NCBI GenBank assembly: GCA_963751345.1
Contig: CAVVUS010000030.1
Location: forward strand, 192,001-256,000
Direction: 5' to 3'
Source of the DNA: an uncultured Chloroflexia bacterium
Lineage (GTDB): Bacteria > Chloroflexota > Anaerolineae > B4-G1 > SLSP01
DNA length: 64,000 nucleotides
The notes below the pieces were generated by a model. The model saw only the letters and a program-made list of their open reading frames with translations. It searched no databases and was not told the origin of the DNA. The position numbers and the translations under genes were made by a program. Positions 10,459 through 20,861 of the stretch are shown piece after piece (positions within the stretch are counted from its first letter, which is position 1; the number at the start of each line of letters is the position of its first letter).

Positions 10459-11256
10459 ATGGCGTTAGAGATTCGCGACCTGCACGTCACGGTCGAAGAC
10501 AAGGAGATCCTCAAAGGCGTCAGCCTGGTGGTGGAGCGTGGATCGACTCACGCCCTGATGGGACCCAATGGCTCGGGCAAGAGCACCCTTTCCTACACGC
10601 TGATGGGACATCCCAACTACCGGATCACCCAGGGAGACATCCTGCTGGACGGCACCAGCTTGCTCTCGATGGCACCCGACGAGCGGGCGCGTCTCGGGCT
10701 CTTCCTGGCGATGCAGTATCCGGTATCGGTCTCCGGGGTCACGCTCTACACCTTCTTGCACGCGGCGACAAGTGCCGTGCGGGGATACGGCGACCGGAAA
10801 GGGCAGGCCGTGCGCGGTAGACTCAACGCGCATCTCATGCCGATGCGTGAGTTCAGGCAGGAGCTCAACGAAAAGCTCGATGCTCTCCAGATGGACCCGG
10901 CATTTCTACGGCGCTATCTCAATGAGGGATTCTCGGGTGGCGAGAAGAAACGAGCCGAGATCCTGCAGATGGCCCTGCTCCAGCCCAAGTATGCTATCCT
11001 GGATGAAACCGACTCCGGACTCGACATCGACGCGCTGCGCATCGTCTCCGAGGGTGTCAACACGCTGAAGGGCCAACACGATATGGGGTTGCTGGTCATC
11101 ACGCACTACCAGCGGATCCTCAACTACATCCATCCCGATGTCGTGCACATCTTCGTCGACGGGCACATCGTCAAGACCGGCGATGCCAAGCTCGTGGATA
11201 TCCTGGAGGAGCAGGGGTATGAGTGGGTGAGGCAGGGCATGGCAGCGGGGAAGTAG
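10459..11256 (+). CDS. sufC: Fe-S cluster assembly ATPase SufC
   Basis: GPNGSGKST, 'RYLNEGFSGGEKKR', 'LDETDSGLDIDA', 'ITHYQRIL'. Confidence 0.96.
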   Translation: MALEIRDLHVTVEDKEILKGVSLVVERGSTHALMGPNGSGKSTLSYTLMGHPNYRITQGDILLDGTSLLSMAPDERARLGLFLAMQYPVSVSGVTLYTFLHAATSAVRGYGDRKGQAVRGRLNAHLMPMREFRQELNEKLDALQMDPAFLRRYLNEGFSGGEKKRAEILQMALLQPKYAILDETDSGLDIDALRIVSEGVNTLKGQHDMGLLVITHYQRILNYIHPDVVHIFVDGHIVKTGDAKLVDILEEQGYEWVRQGMAAGK

Positions 11257-11264
11257 GGAGAGCT

Positions 11265-12674
11265 ATGAGTGCTAACCAGGATGCCCTACGCGACATCAAA
11301 GAACAAGAACGCTACGATTTCCGCACGGAGATCGATTACACACACAAATCTCGGCGCGGCATCGGCGAAGATGTGGTGCGCGAGATTTCGGCACTGAAGA
11401 ACGAACCGGAGTGGATGCTGGACTTCCGGCTGAAAGCACTCGACGTCTTCTTCCAGATCCCGATGCCGACCTGGGGCGTCGACCTGGGCGCGCTGGATTT
11501 CGAGCAGTTCTATTACTTTATGCGGGCCACGCCGGCCAGTGAGCGATCCTGGGACGATGTACCTGAAGCGATCAAAGACACGTTCGAGAAGCTGGGTATC
11601 CCGGAGGCGGAGCGTAAGTACCTGGCGGGTGTCGAGACGCAGATGGACTCGGAGTCCGTTTACAGCTCTCTCAAGGCGGAATGGGAAGAGCACGGCATCA
11701 TCTTCGTCGATATGGATACCGCCATCCAGACCTACCCGGAGCTGGTGCAGGCCCACATCAGCAAGGCCGTACCCATCCGCGACAACAAGTTCGCGGCGCT
11801 GAACAGCGCTTTTTGGTCCGGGGGCAGCTTTGTCTACGTGCCGCCGGATGTCGACGTCGAGATCCCGCTCCAGGCCTACTTCCGTATCAACGGCCAAAGC
11901 CTGGGCCAGTTCGAGCGCACGATCATCATCGCCGAAGAGGGCAGCAACGTCCACTATATTGAGGGCTGCACGGCACCGCAGTACACCGAAGCCGCTCTGC
12001 ACACCGGCGTGATCGAGATCTTCGTCAAGAAGGGCGCGCACGCGCGGTACACCACCATCCAGAACTGGTCGCGCAACGTCTACAACCTGGTCACGCAGCG
12101 TGCCCTGGTCGACGAGGATGGCATGATGGAGTGGGTTGACGGCAACCTGGGCAGTGGGGTCACGATGAAGTACCCGGCGGTCATTCTGCGTGGGCCACGC
12201 GCTCACGGTGAGGTGCTTTCGATCGCCTTCGCGGGCGATGACCAGCACTACGATGCCGGCGCAAAGGCGATTCACCTGGCGCCGGACACCACCTCGATCA
12301 TCACCTCCAAGTCCATCAGCAAAGGCAACGGATGGTCCGGGTTCCGCGGTCTGGTACGGGTCGCCCACGGCGCCGAGCGCGCCCAGTCCAAGATCGTCTG
12401 CGACGCGCTCCTGCTGGACCACGACTCGCGGTCGGACACCTACCCTTACATCGACGTCAATGAGGATGACGTCCAGGTCGAGCACGAGGCGACGGTCAGC
12501 AAGATCAGCGAGGACCAGCTCTTCTATCTGATGAGCCGGGGATTGAGCGAGGCCCAGGCGTCGGCTATCATCATCAACGGCTTTCTGGAGCCCTTCGTCA
12601 AAGAGCTGCCGATGGAGTACGCGGTCGAGCTCAACCGGCTGATCCAGCTCCAGATGGAAAGCGCGGTAGGCTAG
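11265..12674 (+). CDS. sufB: Fe-S cluster assembly protein SufB
   Basis: 'GQFERT', 'YIEGCTAP', 'YTTIQNWS', 'ELPMEYAVELNRLI'. Confidence 0.96.
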   Translation: MSANQDALRDIKEQERYDFRTEIDYTHKSRRGIGEDVVREISALKNEPEWMLDFRLKALDVFFQIPMPTWGVDLGALDFEQFYYFMRATPASERSWDDVPEAIKDTFEKLGIPEAERKYLAGVETQMDSESVYSSLKAEWEEHGIIFVDMDTAIQTYPELVQAHISKAVPIRDNKFAALNSAFWSGGSFVYVPPDVDVEIPLQAYFRINGQSLGQFERTIIIAEEGSNVHYIEGCTAPQYTEAALHTGVIEIFVKKGAHARYTTIQNWSRNVYNLVTQRALVDEDGMMEWVDGNLGSGVTMKYPAVILRGPRAHGEVLSIAFAGDDQHYDAGAKAIHLAPDTTSIITSKSISKGNGWSGFRGLVRVAHGAERAQSKIVCDALLLDHDSRSDTYPYIDVNEDDVQVEHEATVSKISEDQLFYLMSRGLSEAQASAIIINGFLEPFVKELPMEYAVELNRLIQLQMESAVG

Positions 12675-12690
12675 AAGAGGACACACCCAT

Positions 12691-14125
12691 ATGGCCGAAC
12701 GTCTCGACGACTCTCTTTCCGATATCACGCTGGCCTCTCAGGAGGCCTCCCCAACGCCGGCTCAGATCGTGCCAGTGGGGCCTGAGGTCGTGGACATGCT
12801 GTCCGACCTCTACAACGAGCCCGACTGGATGCGCAGTGCCCGGCGAGAGGCCTGGGCGCACTACACGTCGATGGATCTCCCGCACGAAAAAGAGGAGGCC
12901 TGGCGGCGTACGGACCTGAGGGCATATCCCTTGGACTCGCTGCGCGTGGTCTTCTCCGCGCGCGAACTCGACGGCATCTATGACGTGCCACCGTGCTGGG
13001 ACTATGCGTTGGCCCCGGTAGACCAGGTCTCGGGCGTGTTGGTACACTGCAACGGCGCCCGCACCTACGCGTCGATGCGCCGTGACGACGCGCTCAACGG
13101 CGTCGTCCTGGAGGATCTCCACACCGCACTCCGAACCCACAGCGACCTGATTCAAGCGCACTGGATGCAGGGGACAACCACGCGGCCCACCTTCAACAAG
13201 TTCACGGCCCTGAACGCGGCCCTGTGGCACGGCGGGACATTCGTCCACGTGCCCGCCGGCGTGCGGGTGGCACGTCCGCTTCAATCGCTTGTCGCATTGG
13301 ACACGGACGGGGGCACCAGCCTGCATCACACACTCGTGGTTGCGGAGCAGCGGCAGCCGCGTGACCTTGATCCAGGACCGCGTCTCACAGGACCGGCAGG
13401 ACGAGGCCAACGTCGAGGTGGTGGAGATCTACGCCGAGGCCGGCGCCTCGGTACGCTACGTCAGTCTGCAGCACTGGAGTGAGCGCCGCTACTCGGTCAC
13501 GGTACAGGAGGCTCAGGTCAGCCGGAACGCCAACTTTGTCTGGGTAGCCGGTTCGCTCGGGGGCAAGATGACCAAGGACTTCCTGCGCACCGACCTCCAG
13601 GAGCCCGCCGCACGCTCCACGATGGCCGGATTCAGCTTTATGCACGGCGACCAGCACCTGGACCAGAGCACGTACCAGCACCTTCGCGCCCCCGATACGT
13701 ACAGTGATCTGCTCTTTCGTAACGTTCTGCGCGACCATACGCGGACCATCTTCTACGGCATGATCCGCGTGGAGAATGAGGCGGGTGGTGGCACCGAGGG
13801 CTATCAGGCCAACCACAACCTGCTGCTGGACGATGCCCGTGCCCACGCGATTCCGGGTCTCGAGATCCTGGCCAACGACGTCCGCTGCGGACACGGCGCC
13901 ACCGTCTCCCGCATCGACCCCGAGCAGCGCTTCTACCTCGAAGCGCGAGGTCTGCGCCCGGCGGAAGCGGAGAGCCTGATCGTCCAGGGCTTCATCCGCC
14001 CGATCGTCGAGCGCGCGCCCCTGGCGCACGTGCGCCAGCGGATCGAGGACGAAATCGCCGAGCGGTTCTGGATGCAGCAGTCGACCGTACATCAGTACAA
14101 AAGAGCGGGCCCACGTGATACGTGA
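12691..14125 (+). CDS. sufD: Fe-S cluster assembly protein SufD (frameshift near 13350)
   Basis: 'EEAWRRTDL', 'KFTALNAA' in ORF 12691-13482; 'PGLEILANDVRCGHGATV..FYLEARG' in ORF 13289-14125. Confidence 0.9.
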
Positions 14126-14141
14126 GCCCGCTCTCTTGTTC

Positions 14142-14228
14142 TGGTAGGGCGGGTGGGATTTGAACCCACACGCTCTTGCGAGCAGAGGATTTTAAGTCCA
14201 CGGCGTCTGCCAATTCCGCCACCGCCCC
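14142..14228 (-). tRNA. tRNA-Leu(TAA)
   Basis: GGGGCGGTGGCGGAATTGGCAGACGC, anticodon loop CTTAAAA, long variable arm, encoded CCA. Confidence 0.95.
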
Positions 14229-14290
14229 ATGAGGTTGTCCCTGTTAAGACAAACGGGCATCCCGAAGATGCCCGCATGTGCTGTAAGCAG

Positions 14291-14362
14291 AGGCGACGGT
14301 CGGAATCGAACCGACGAATAAGGCTTTTGCAGAGCCCTGCCTTGCCGCTTGGCTACGTCGCC
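14291..14362 (-). tRNA. tRNA-Cys(GCA)
   Basis: GGCGACGTAGCCAAGCGGCAAGGC, anticodon loop CTGCAAA, GGTTCGATTCC. Confidence 0.95.
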
Positions 14363-14365
14363 GAG

Positions 14366-14437
14366 AGCGGGCTAAGGGGTTCGAACCCTTGACCTTCTCC
14401 TTGGCAAGGAGACATTCTACCGCTGAACTAAGCCCGC
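14366..14437 (-). tRNA. tRNA-Gly(GCC)
   Basis: GCGGGCTTAGTTCAGCGGTAGAA, anticodon loop TTGCCAA, GGTTCGAACCC. Confidence 0.95.
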
Positions 14438-14640
14438 AAGCAAGAAGCATTATACAACAACACCCTGAAGTTTGGCAACTACAATTCGGACACGAAACCA
14501 GCCACTTTCCCAGGTCTCCGGACATGCTAGAATGCCGAGCGGCAACGGCGTTGGCGTAAGGCTGCGTTAGCCCGCCCCACCCGCCATCGTCATTCCATGA
14601 AGCATATCGGCCTCATCTCGGAACCACACGGAGCTAAATA

Positions 14641-16041
14641 ATGGACTCATGGGTCAGACTGTTTCTGGGAGGCGCAGGGCTGTTGATGTCCCTGGGTCTT
14701 GGCATCTTCGCCGTCCAGAGCTGGCGTGAACGCGAGCGTCGCGCGACACGCATCGCCCTGGGATTGACGGGGCTGACGTTGGCGCTGACCGGTGTCGCCG
14801 TCTCACTGCCCGCCGCCGCGCGAATGGTGCTCGCCGGCGTGCTCTTGGCCGGCGCGGCGCTCATTGGGGCGCTTCTGATCTTGCCGGTGGGACGGGTCGT
14901 GCGGGGCAACGACACGCCGCAGACGCGGGTAGACGAACGGGAGATCATGTTCGCGCGAGCCCGGCTCCGGCCCGGCAGCCCGGAGTACAAAGCCTACTAC
15001 ACGCTGCACCCCGACCACGAGGCCGTGGATGCGCGGATTCGAGCCCTGCCGGGCCTGCTCTCACCTGGGGCGCAAAAGGCCCATCCGTTACATTTCACGG
15101 CGACCGAGGCGAGCTTCCTCATTCCGGAGGCGCTGCGGGATTGGGTGGACGGCGAGGTGGCGCCGACCGCCGTGCCGCTGACGCCGCAGGCCGCGACGAC
15201 CTATCTCAAGGGCCTGGCCCGCACCTATGGCGCGCGGACGGTGGGCATCACGAAGCTGCAACCCTATCACGTCTACTCGCACATCGGGCGCGGCAGTGGG
15301 GAATACGGCGCTCCCCTGCCGGTCGAGCACCGCTATGCACTCGCCTTCACGGTCGAGATGGCCCACGACCTGGTCGGCACCGCGCCGGAAGCCCCCACGT
15401 CCCTGGAAACAGCCAAGGAATACGCGGCGGCGGCACAGATCGCGGTGGAACTGGCGGCCTTCATCCGCGCGCTGGGCTACCCGGCGCGGGCCCACATCGA
15501 CGGCAACTACCGGGTCATCGCGCCCCTGGTGGCCCGCGATGCCGGGCTTGGTGAGATCGGCCGCATGGGCATTCTGATGACGCCTGACCTGGGGCCGCGG
15601 GTACGTCTCGCCGTGGTCACGACCGATCTGCCGTTGGTGGTGGATGATCGTGAGCCACGCGACGACATCCTGGACTTCTGCCGGATCTGCAAGAAATGCG
15701 CCGAGAACTGCCCCAGCCGAGCCATCCCCTTCGAGGACCGGCGGGAAATCGCCGGTGCGCTCCGATGGAAGATCGACAGCGTCCGCTGCTTTCACTACTG
15801 GAACGTCATCGGGACGGATTGCGGACGGTGCATGAGCGTCTGTCCCTACTCACACCCGGATACCTTGAGTCACAATCTGGTACGGTGGGCCACTCGTCAT
15901 TCGGGCGTCGCGCGCCGCGTCGTCCTGCGCCTCGACGATCTCTTCTACGGGCGCAGTCCTGCCCAGCGTCCGGCGCCGGAATGGACAAAGGTGGATATCT
16001 CCCAAGTAGGTCAGGATCCGATCATAGCCATGCGTCCGTAG
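14641..16041 (+). CDS. Reductive dehalogenase-like (cobalamin/2x[4Fe-4S]) protein with N-terminal transmembrane helices
   Basis: About 3 hydrophobic N-terminal segments; 'KGLARTYGARTVGI', 'FIRALGYPA', 'AGLGEIGRMG..GPRVRL..VTTDLPL', FCRICKKCAENCP and CGRCMSVCP Fe-S motifs. Confidence 0.85.
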   Translation: MDSWVRLFLGGAGLLMSLGLGIFAVQSWRERERRATRIALGLTGLTLALTGVAVSLPAAARMVLAGVLLAGAALIGALLILPVGRVVRGNDTPQTRVDEREIMFARARLRPGSPEYKAYYTLHPDHEAVDARIRALPGLLSPGAQKAHPLHFTATEASFLIPEALRDWVDGEVAPTAVPLTPQAATTYLKGLARTYGARTVGITKLQPYHVYSHIGRGSGEYGAPLPVEHRYALAFTVEMAHDLVGTAPEAPTSLETAKEYAAAAQIAVELAAFIRALGYPARAHIDGNYRVIAPLVARDAGLGEIGRMGILMTPDLGPRVRLAVVTTDLPLVVDDREPRDDILDFCRICKKCAENCPSRAIPFEDRREIAGALRWKIDSVRCFHYWNVIGTDCGRCMSVCPYSHPDTLSHNLVRWATRHSGVARRVVLRLDDLFYGRSPAQRPAPEWTKVDISQVGQDPIIAMRP

Positions 16042-16823
16042 CCCATCACCGCAGCGACCAACGATGCGATCGTCCCCGTCGTGACAACACCCAGCGCCAC
16101 GAAGTCCAGCGCCTGCAGGCGCAGCGTGCGCAGAGAAGTACGGTTCTTGTTACCGTACCCGCGCAACTCCATGCAGAGCCCAAGGCGTTCGGCTTTCTCG
16201 ATGGCGATAAAGACGATGGGCAGCGCGATCGGCCCAAGGGCCTGCAGCTTCTTGAGGGGATTCCATCCTTCGATAGCATACGCGCGCGACCGTTGCGCCT
16301 GAGAGATCGTGTTGACCTCCGAGAGAATCACGGGCATAAAGCGCAGCGCGGTGGTGAACATAAACGCATAGTCATAGGGCACGTGCAGTGTATCGACCAG
16401 TGCCATCACGATGTCGCGGGGTTGTGTCGTGGTAAGCAGGACCGGCATCGTGCTCATCAGACCGAGCATGCGCAGGCTCACGGCGAAGCCATATCGGATT
16501 CCCCCGTCCGTCACCGGCAATGCCCCCCCGACCAGGGGCCACTTCTCAGGAAAGATTGTGAAGAGCACGCGACCCTCAGGTCGGAAGAGAACCTGAAGAA
16601 TGAAAACCACGCCGGATATGACCAGTAGCGCGGATAGGTAACTCAGCGTTTCCTTGCCTACCCTACCGATGAAGGAGACGACGACGACACTGAGTACCAC
16701 GCCCACGAGATACCAGGGATTGTTGAAGACAAGCGTCAGAATCAGCATGGCGAAGGCCCATATCAACTTGGTCAGAGGATGAAGTCGATGCAGGGGTGAT
16801 GAAAGCGGTATATACTCGAGCAT
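16011..16823 (-). CDS. ecfT: ECF transporter transmembrane T component
   Basis: 'LHRLHPLTKL', 'ALRFMP', 'AQRSR', 'MELRGY' (CbiQ/EcfT). Confidence 0.9.
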   Translation of the reverse strand: MLEYIPLSSPLHRLHPLTKLIWAFAMLILTLVFNNPWYLVGVVLSVVVVSFIGRVGKETLSYLSALLVISGVVFILQVLFRPEGRVLFTIFPEKWPLVGGALPVTDGGIRYGFAVSLRMLGLMSTMPVLLTTTQPRDIVMALVDTLHVPYDYAFMFTTALRFMPVILSEVNTISQAQRSRAYAIEGWNPLKKLQALGPIALPIVFIAIEKAERLGLCMELRGYGNKNRTSLRTLRLQALDFVALGVVTTGTIASLVAAVMGYGRMAMIGS

Positions 16824-16826
16824 AGA

Positions 16827-17675
16827 TCAGGGCCTCCCTACAGGTTCTTCCGACGGTCTCTGCAGCAGAGCCAGCGTTTGGTCCACCATCTCCCTTACAG
16901 AGAGCGCGGTGGTCGGATACAACTCCCTGAATGCATACCAAATCTCGGTGATCTGCGGTGGCGCCAAGAAGGTCGTCCGCAGCGTTTCGACCTCACGAAA
17001 GACATCGCGCGTGGGACCGTCAAGGAGCACCTGCCCATCACGCAAGACGATCACACGCTCGGCGAACCGCGCAACCATCGGCATATCGTGGGTGATGAAG
17101 ATGATGGTGTGGCCCTCCTGATTGAGCTTAGCGATGAGCTCCAGCATCTCGATCCCGTCCTGGTAGTCCTGGCCCGTGGTTGGCTCATCGACGACCAGCA
17201 CCGCGGGATGCATGGCGATGACCGATGCCACCGCCAGACGCTGGCGCAACCCTTTGCTCAGGTCGCGGGGATGCCGATCCCGCAGGTCGTCCATGCCTAC
17301 GGCTAACAGCGCTTCCGAAACGCGACTCTCGATCTCTTCCGGCGGCAACTTCAGGTTACGAGGCCCATAGGAGACCTCTTCTTCGACGGACTCACAGAAG
17401 ATCTGATGATCGGGATTCTGGAAGCAGTAACCCACGTGATGGGCCATCTCGGAGACCTTGCGTTGGGCCACGTCCAGCCCATCGACATAGACGCTGCCCT
17501 GAGTTGGTTTCAATAGCCCATTGAGGTGTTTGACAAACGTGGTCTTTCCCGAACCGTTCTGGCCGATGATGGCCACGAATTCCCCCGGTTGAACCGTGAC
17601 GTCGATACCACGGAGTGCGTGGGTGCCATCTGGGTATTGGTGATGTAAGTCTCTAACTTCGATCGTGCCATCCAT
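16827..17675 (-). CDS. ecfA2: ECF transporter ATPase (A' component)
   Basis: GQNGSGKTT, FQNPDHQ, LSKGLRQR, DEPTTGQD. Confidence 0.9.
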   Translation of the reverse strand: MDGTIEVRDLHHQYPDGTHALRGIDVTVQPGEFVAIIGQNGSGKTTFVKHLNGLLKPTQGSVYVDGLDVAQRKVSEMAHHVGYCFQNPDHQIFCESVEEEVSYGPRNLKLPPEEIESRVSEALLAVGMDDLRDRHPRDLSKGLRQRLAVASVIAMHPAVLVVDEPTTGQDYQDGIEMLELIAKLNQEGHTIIFITHDMPMVARFAERVIVLRDGQVLLDGPTRDVFREVETLRTTFLAPPQITEIWYAFRELYPTTALSVREMVDQTLALLQRPSEEPVGRP

Positions 17676-18546
17676 CAGACGACGCCCCCCTCCACCAACA
17701 AGCTCCGCAGGAACATAACACCTTCCGCCGCAGTCAGGGGGAGGGTCTTCGGATCCAACGCTACCCCCAGGCGAGCCTGGAGGCTCATCGCCAGATCGAC
17801 AGCGTGGGGTACCCGCATACCTGTCGATTCCAGCACGCTGTGCTGCTGGCAAATCTCACGTGTGGGGCCGATCAGCCGCACCTCACCCCCGGCCAACAGA
17901 TGATGCGATCGGCGCTTTCAACGAGCCGCTCGACATTCTGAGAGATGACGATCACTGTGATCCCGAGCTCATCGTTCAACTGGCGCAAAGCGGAGAAGAC
18001 CTCGTCTGTGCCTATAGGATCCAGCTCGGATGTGGGTTCGTCCAGGAGAAGCACCCGCGGGCGCATCGCCAGCACCGCAGCGATCGCCACGCGCTGTTTC
18101 TGCCCGCCGGAGAGAGTGCTGATCGCGCGCTCCCGCAAATGACCGATACTCACCATATCAAGCGCAGCGACGAGCCGTGCTTCGATCTCATCCGGCGGGA
18201 TGCCCAGGTTCTCCGGCCCAAAGGCTACTTCTTCCTCTACCGAGATGGAGACCATTTGGAAATCAGGGTCTTCGAAGACCGTGCCAACGTGGCCCGCCAA
18301 TGTCAGGAACGAAGCTTCGGCGACTTCGATCCCATCCAGTGTGACCCGTCCCTCGAGGCTTCCACCATAGTAGTGTGGGATGATGCCATTCAGGCAGCTC
18401 AGTAACGTCGTCTTTCCGGCACCTGCGGGCCCCGTGATCCCGACGAACTCCCCTTCCGCTACTGAGAAATTGATATGCCGCAGGGCGGCTTCTTTACCGC
18501 GCTTATACTGAAAGCTGAGGTCTTCAACTGTAATAATCTCTGTCAT
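17675..18546 (-). CDS. ecfA1: ECF transporter ATPase (A component), frameshift near 17900
   Basis: GPAGAGKTT, LSGGQKQR, DEPTSELD; C-terminus in ORF 17675-17896. Confidence 0.88.
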
Positions 18547-18651
18547 CTATTACATCCTATATCCAGAATTCACCATCTGCCTGCGATGGCCATTGCGCCT
18601 TCATACCGGAACGGCCCCCCGGGCCAAGAGAACCTAGGTCACGACGTTAAG

Positions 18652-19161
18652 CTAGCTGTTCCGTTCCAGAAGGGCTTTTGCCGGAGGATAGAGGATCATG
18701 CAGATGATGACGCTGGACAGCGTAGATAGCAGGACTTGGGTCCATCCGGCAGTCAGGTACACCTGGAAGGGGAAGATCTGCGCGACCAGCATCCCGGTGA
18801 TAAAGATGCCACCACCGATGGCGCCATACGCCGCAGATCCCAGCGCAGGCTTGAACGGCACGGCCCCGATCTTCAAGTCCGTCGGCAACGCAGCGACGAG
18901 TGTCGCGAGCAGCGCGCCGATGGCGTGTGCAGGAATATTGAACCAAGCAATGGACGACTTCGAAAAGAACATAGCCAGGACGCCGGCGACGATACCAATG
19001 CCAAGTCCGGCACCCGGCTTTGGTACGATTAACAGAATTGCTAATGCGGAGAAGGTCACGACGGTATCGGGCGTGATGACCCCGAGATTCGGCATGAACG
19101 CATTCAAGACAGCACCAATCGCCAGGAGAATGGCGACCAACGCGAGATCTCTGCTCTTCAT
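18652..19161 (-). CDS. ECF S component, TrpP (tryptophan transporter)-like
   Basis: 'MKSRDLALVAILLAIGAVL..MP...PD' resembles the Bacillus TrpP N-terminus; divergent from T-box/trpS. Confidence 0.7.
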   Translation of the reverse strand: MKSRDLALVAILLAIGAVLNAFMPNLGVITPDTVVTFSALAILLIVPKPGAGLGIGIVAGVLAMFFSKSSIAWFNIPAHAIGALLATLVAALPTDLKIGAVPFKPALGSAAYGAIGGGIFITGMLVAQIFPFQVYLTAGWTQVLLSTLSSVIICMILYPPAKALLERNS

Positions 19162-19266
19162 CTATGAAACTCCTTTGGAAATTCTTGGCTGGTTGGTCTT
19201 GGCGGGGGGCCGGGACCGAATGCGTGCTCTGCCGTGTGCACGGGTTGGAACACGCAAATCGGTACA

Positions 19267-19294
19267 AATATAGAGATCCGTCCGTCCGTGTCAA
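19267..19294 (-). promoter_or_regulatory. Promoter of the TrpP-ECF operon
   Basis: Minus strand TTGACA-16 bp-TATATT. Confidence 0.6.
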
Positions 19295-19338
19295 GTACTA
19301 ATCCACAAGAAGACCACTCACAGCAGTCTTGGCGTTGC

Positions 19339-19367
19339 TTGACTTTCCGGCTGTGTTGTGCTATAAA
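19339..19367 (+). promoter_or_regulatory. Promoter of the T-box/trpS leader
   Basis: TTGACT-17 bp-TATAAA with TGn extension. Confidence 0.7.
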
Positions 19368-19374
19368 GTAGGTG

Positions 19375-19707
19375 TCAAAGGCTGAGATCGGGAGAAGTAC
19401 ATACTCAACGAGGGTTCAGAGAGCCGGCGCTTGGTGCGAGTCCGGTCCCGACGAGAGTATCGAATGGCCCCAGGAGTTGCTCGCCGAAAGCGTCTGTAAG
19501 GTAGGGCGCAAGTAGTCCGAGACGGAGACGCCACCGTTATCAGGGCGTAGGGCATCGCATATTGAGGTGCTGTGCCCGAAACGAGTGAGGCTGGCTTGAC
19601 CCGATGACGCGCTTTCACAGCGCGTTTTTTCATGGGATCAGGGGCCTAATCAGGGTGGCACCACGGGCAATTGAGCGCTCGTCCCTTTTTGGGGACGGGC
19701 GTTTTTT
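19375..19707 (+). ncRNA. T-box riboswitch with Trp specifier (transcriptional attenuator)
   Basis: AGAGAG and GGTG boxes in stem I; specifier GAA-TGG (TGG at 19465-19467); T-box AATCAGGGTGGCACCACGG at 19648-19666; terminator GCGCTCGTCCC..GGGACGGGCG-T6. Confidence 0.92.
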
Positions 19708-19766
19708 CGTTCCAGGGCACAGGCACAGCAAGTCGCGCAGACAACGAGAAGAAGAAGGAGAAGCAT

Positions 19767-20840
19767 ATGAGCGAGGCTAAGAAGCGAATACTGACGGGAG
19801 ATCGTCCAACGGGCAAGCTCCACCTGGGTCACTTCGTGGGCAGCCTGAAGAACCGGGTGGCGCTGCAGGACGCCTATGACTGTTACTTCATCATCGCCGA
19901 CTTGCACACCCTGACGACGAAGTCGGAGCGCGAGGATCTCGAGGTCCTCGACGATAACATCTACAACGTCGTCCTCGACTACCTGGCCGTGGGCATCGAT
20001 CCCGAGAAGAGCACCATCTTCCTGCAGTCCGCGATCCCCCAGGAGTACGAACTGACCCTGCTTTTCGGCAACCTGGTCAGCCTGCCGCGACTGTCGCGGC
20101 TGCCAAGTATCAAGGATATGGCCCGCGCCGCCCACCTGGACGAGGAGACGGTGCCCTTTGGCCTGATCGGCTATCCCGTCCTTCAGGCCGCTGACATCCT
20201 GCTGCCCCGCGCGCATCTCGTGCCGGTGGGCAAGGACAACGAGGCGCACGTCGAGATCACGCGCGAGATCGCCCGCCGCTTCAACCGGATGTACGACGCG
20301 GAGGTCTTCCCGGTGCCGGATGTGATGATCGGCGAGGTGCCGACGCTGGTCGGCACCGACGGCCAGGCGAAGATGAGCAAGTCGCTGGACAACGCGATCC
20401 TGCTCTCCGACGACGCCAAGACCGTCGAGGAGAAGGTGCGCGGGATGTACACCGACCCCAACCGCATCCGCGCCGACATCCCGGGACGCGTCGAGGGCAA
20501 CCCGGTCTTCATCTACCACGACGCCTTCAACCCGGACGTCGACGAGATCAACGATCTGAAGGAGCGGTATCTGCTGGGTAAGGTCGGCGACGTCGAGGTC
20601 AAGCGCAAGTTGGCCCGTGCGATCAACGCGTTCCTCGACCCCATCCGCGAGCGACGCGAAGCCTATGCCTCCAAGCCGGGGCTTGTCGAGGAGATCCTGG
20701 TTGACGGCACGCGACGGATGCAGCAGGAGGCCGAGCGGACGCTCGACATGGTCTACGGCGCGATGGGGCTCGCGGGACCGCGGCTGCGCAAGGTACTGCA
20801 GGGCAAGTCAGACAGCTTCCGCCTGCGGGCTGGGGAGTAA
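19767..20840 (+). CDS. trpS: Tryptophanyl-tRNA synthetase
   Basis: '[13 protein letters not shown]', 'YPVLQAADI', 'KMSKS'. Confidence 0.97.
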   Translation: MSEAKKRILTGDRPTGKLHLGHFVGSLKNRVALQDAYDCYFIIADLHTLTTKSEREDLEVLDDNIYNVVLDYLAVGIDPEKSTIFLQSAIPQEYELTLLFGNLVSLPRLSRLPSIKDMARAAHLDEETVPFGLIGYPVLQAADILLPRAHLVPVGKDNEAHVEITREIARRFNRMYDAEVFPVPDVMIGEVPTLVGTDGQAKMSKSLDNAILLSDDAKTVEEKVRGMYTDPNRIRADIPGRVEGNPVFIYHDAFNPDVDEINDLKERYLLGKVGDVEVKRKLARAINAFLDPIRERREAYASKPGLVEEILVDGTRRMQQEAERTLDMVYGAMGLAGPRLRKVLQGKSDSFRLRAGE

Positions 20841-20861
20841 TCACCCCACAAGGAGCATGAG

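Noticed and set aside
14438-14640. Cobalamin riboswitch upstream of the rdhA-like gene
   Set aside because: No B12-box or GGGAA/GCCACTG core motifs visible.
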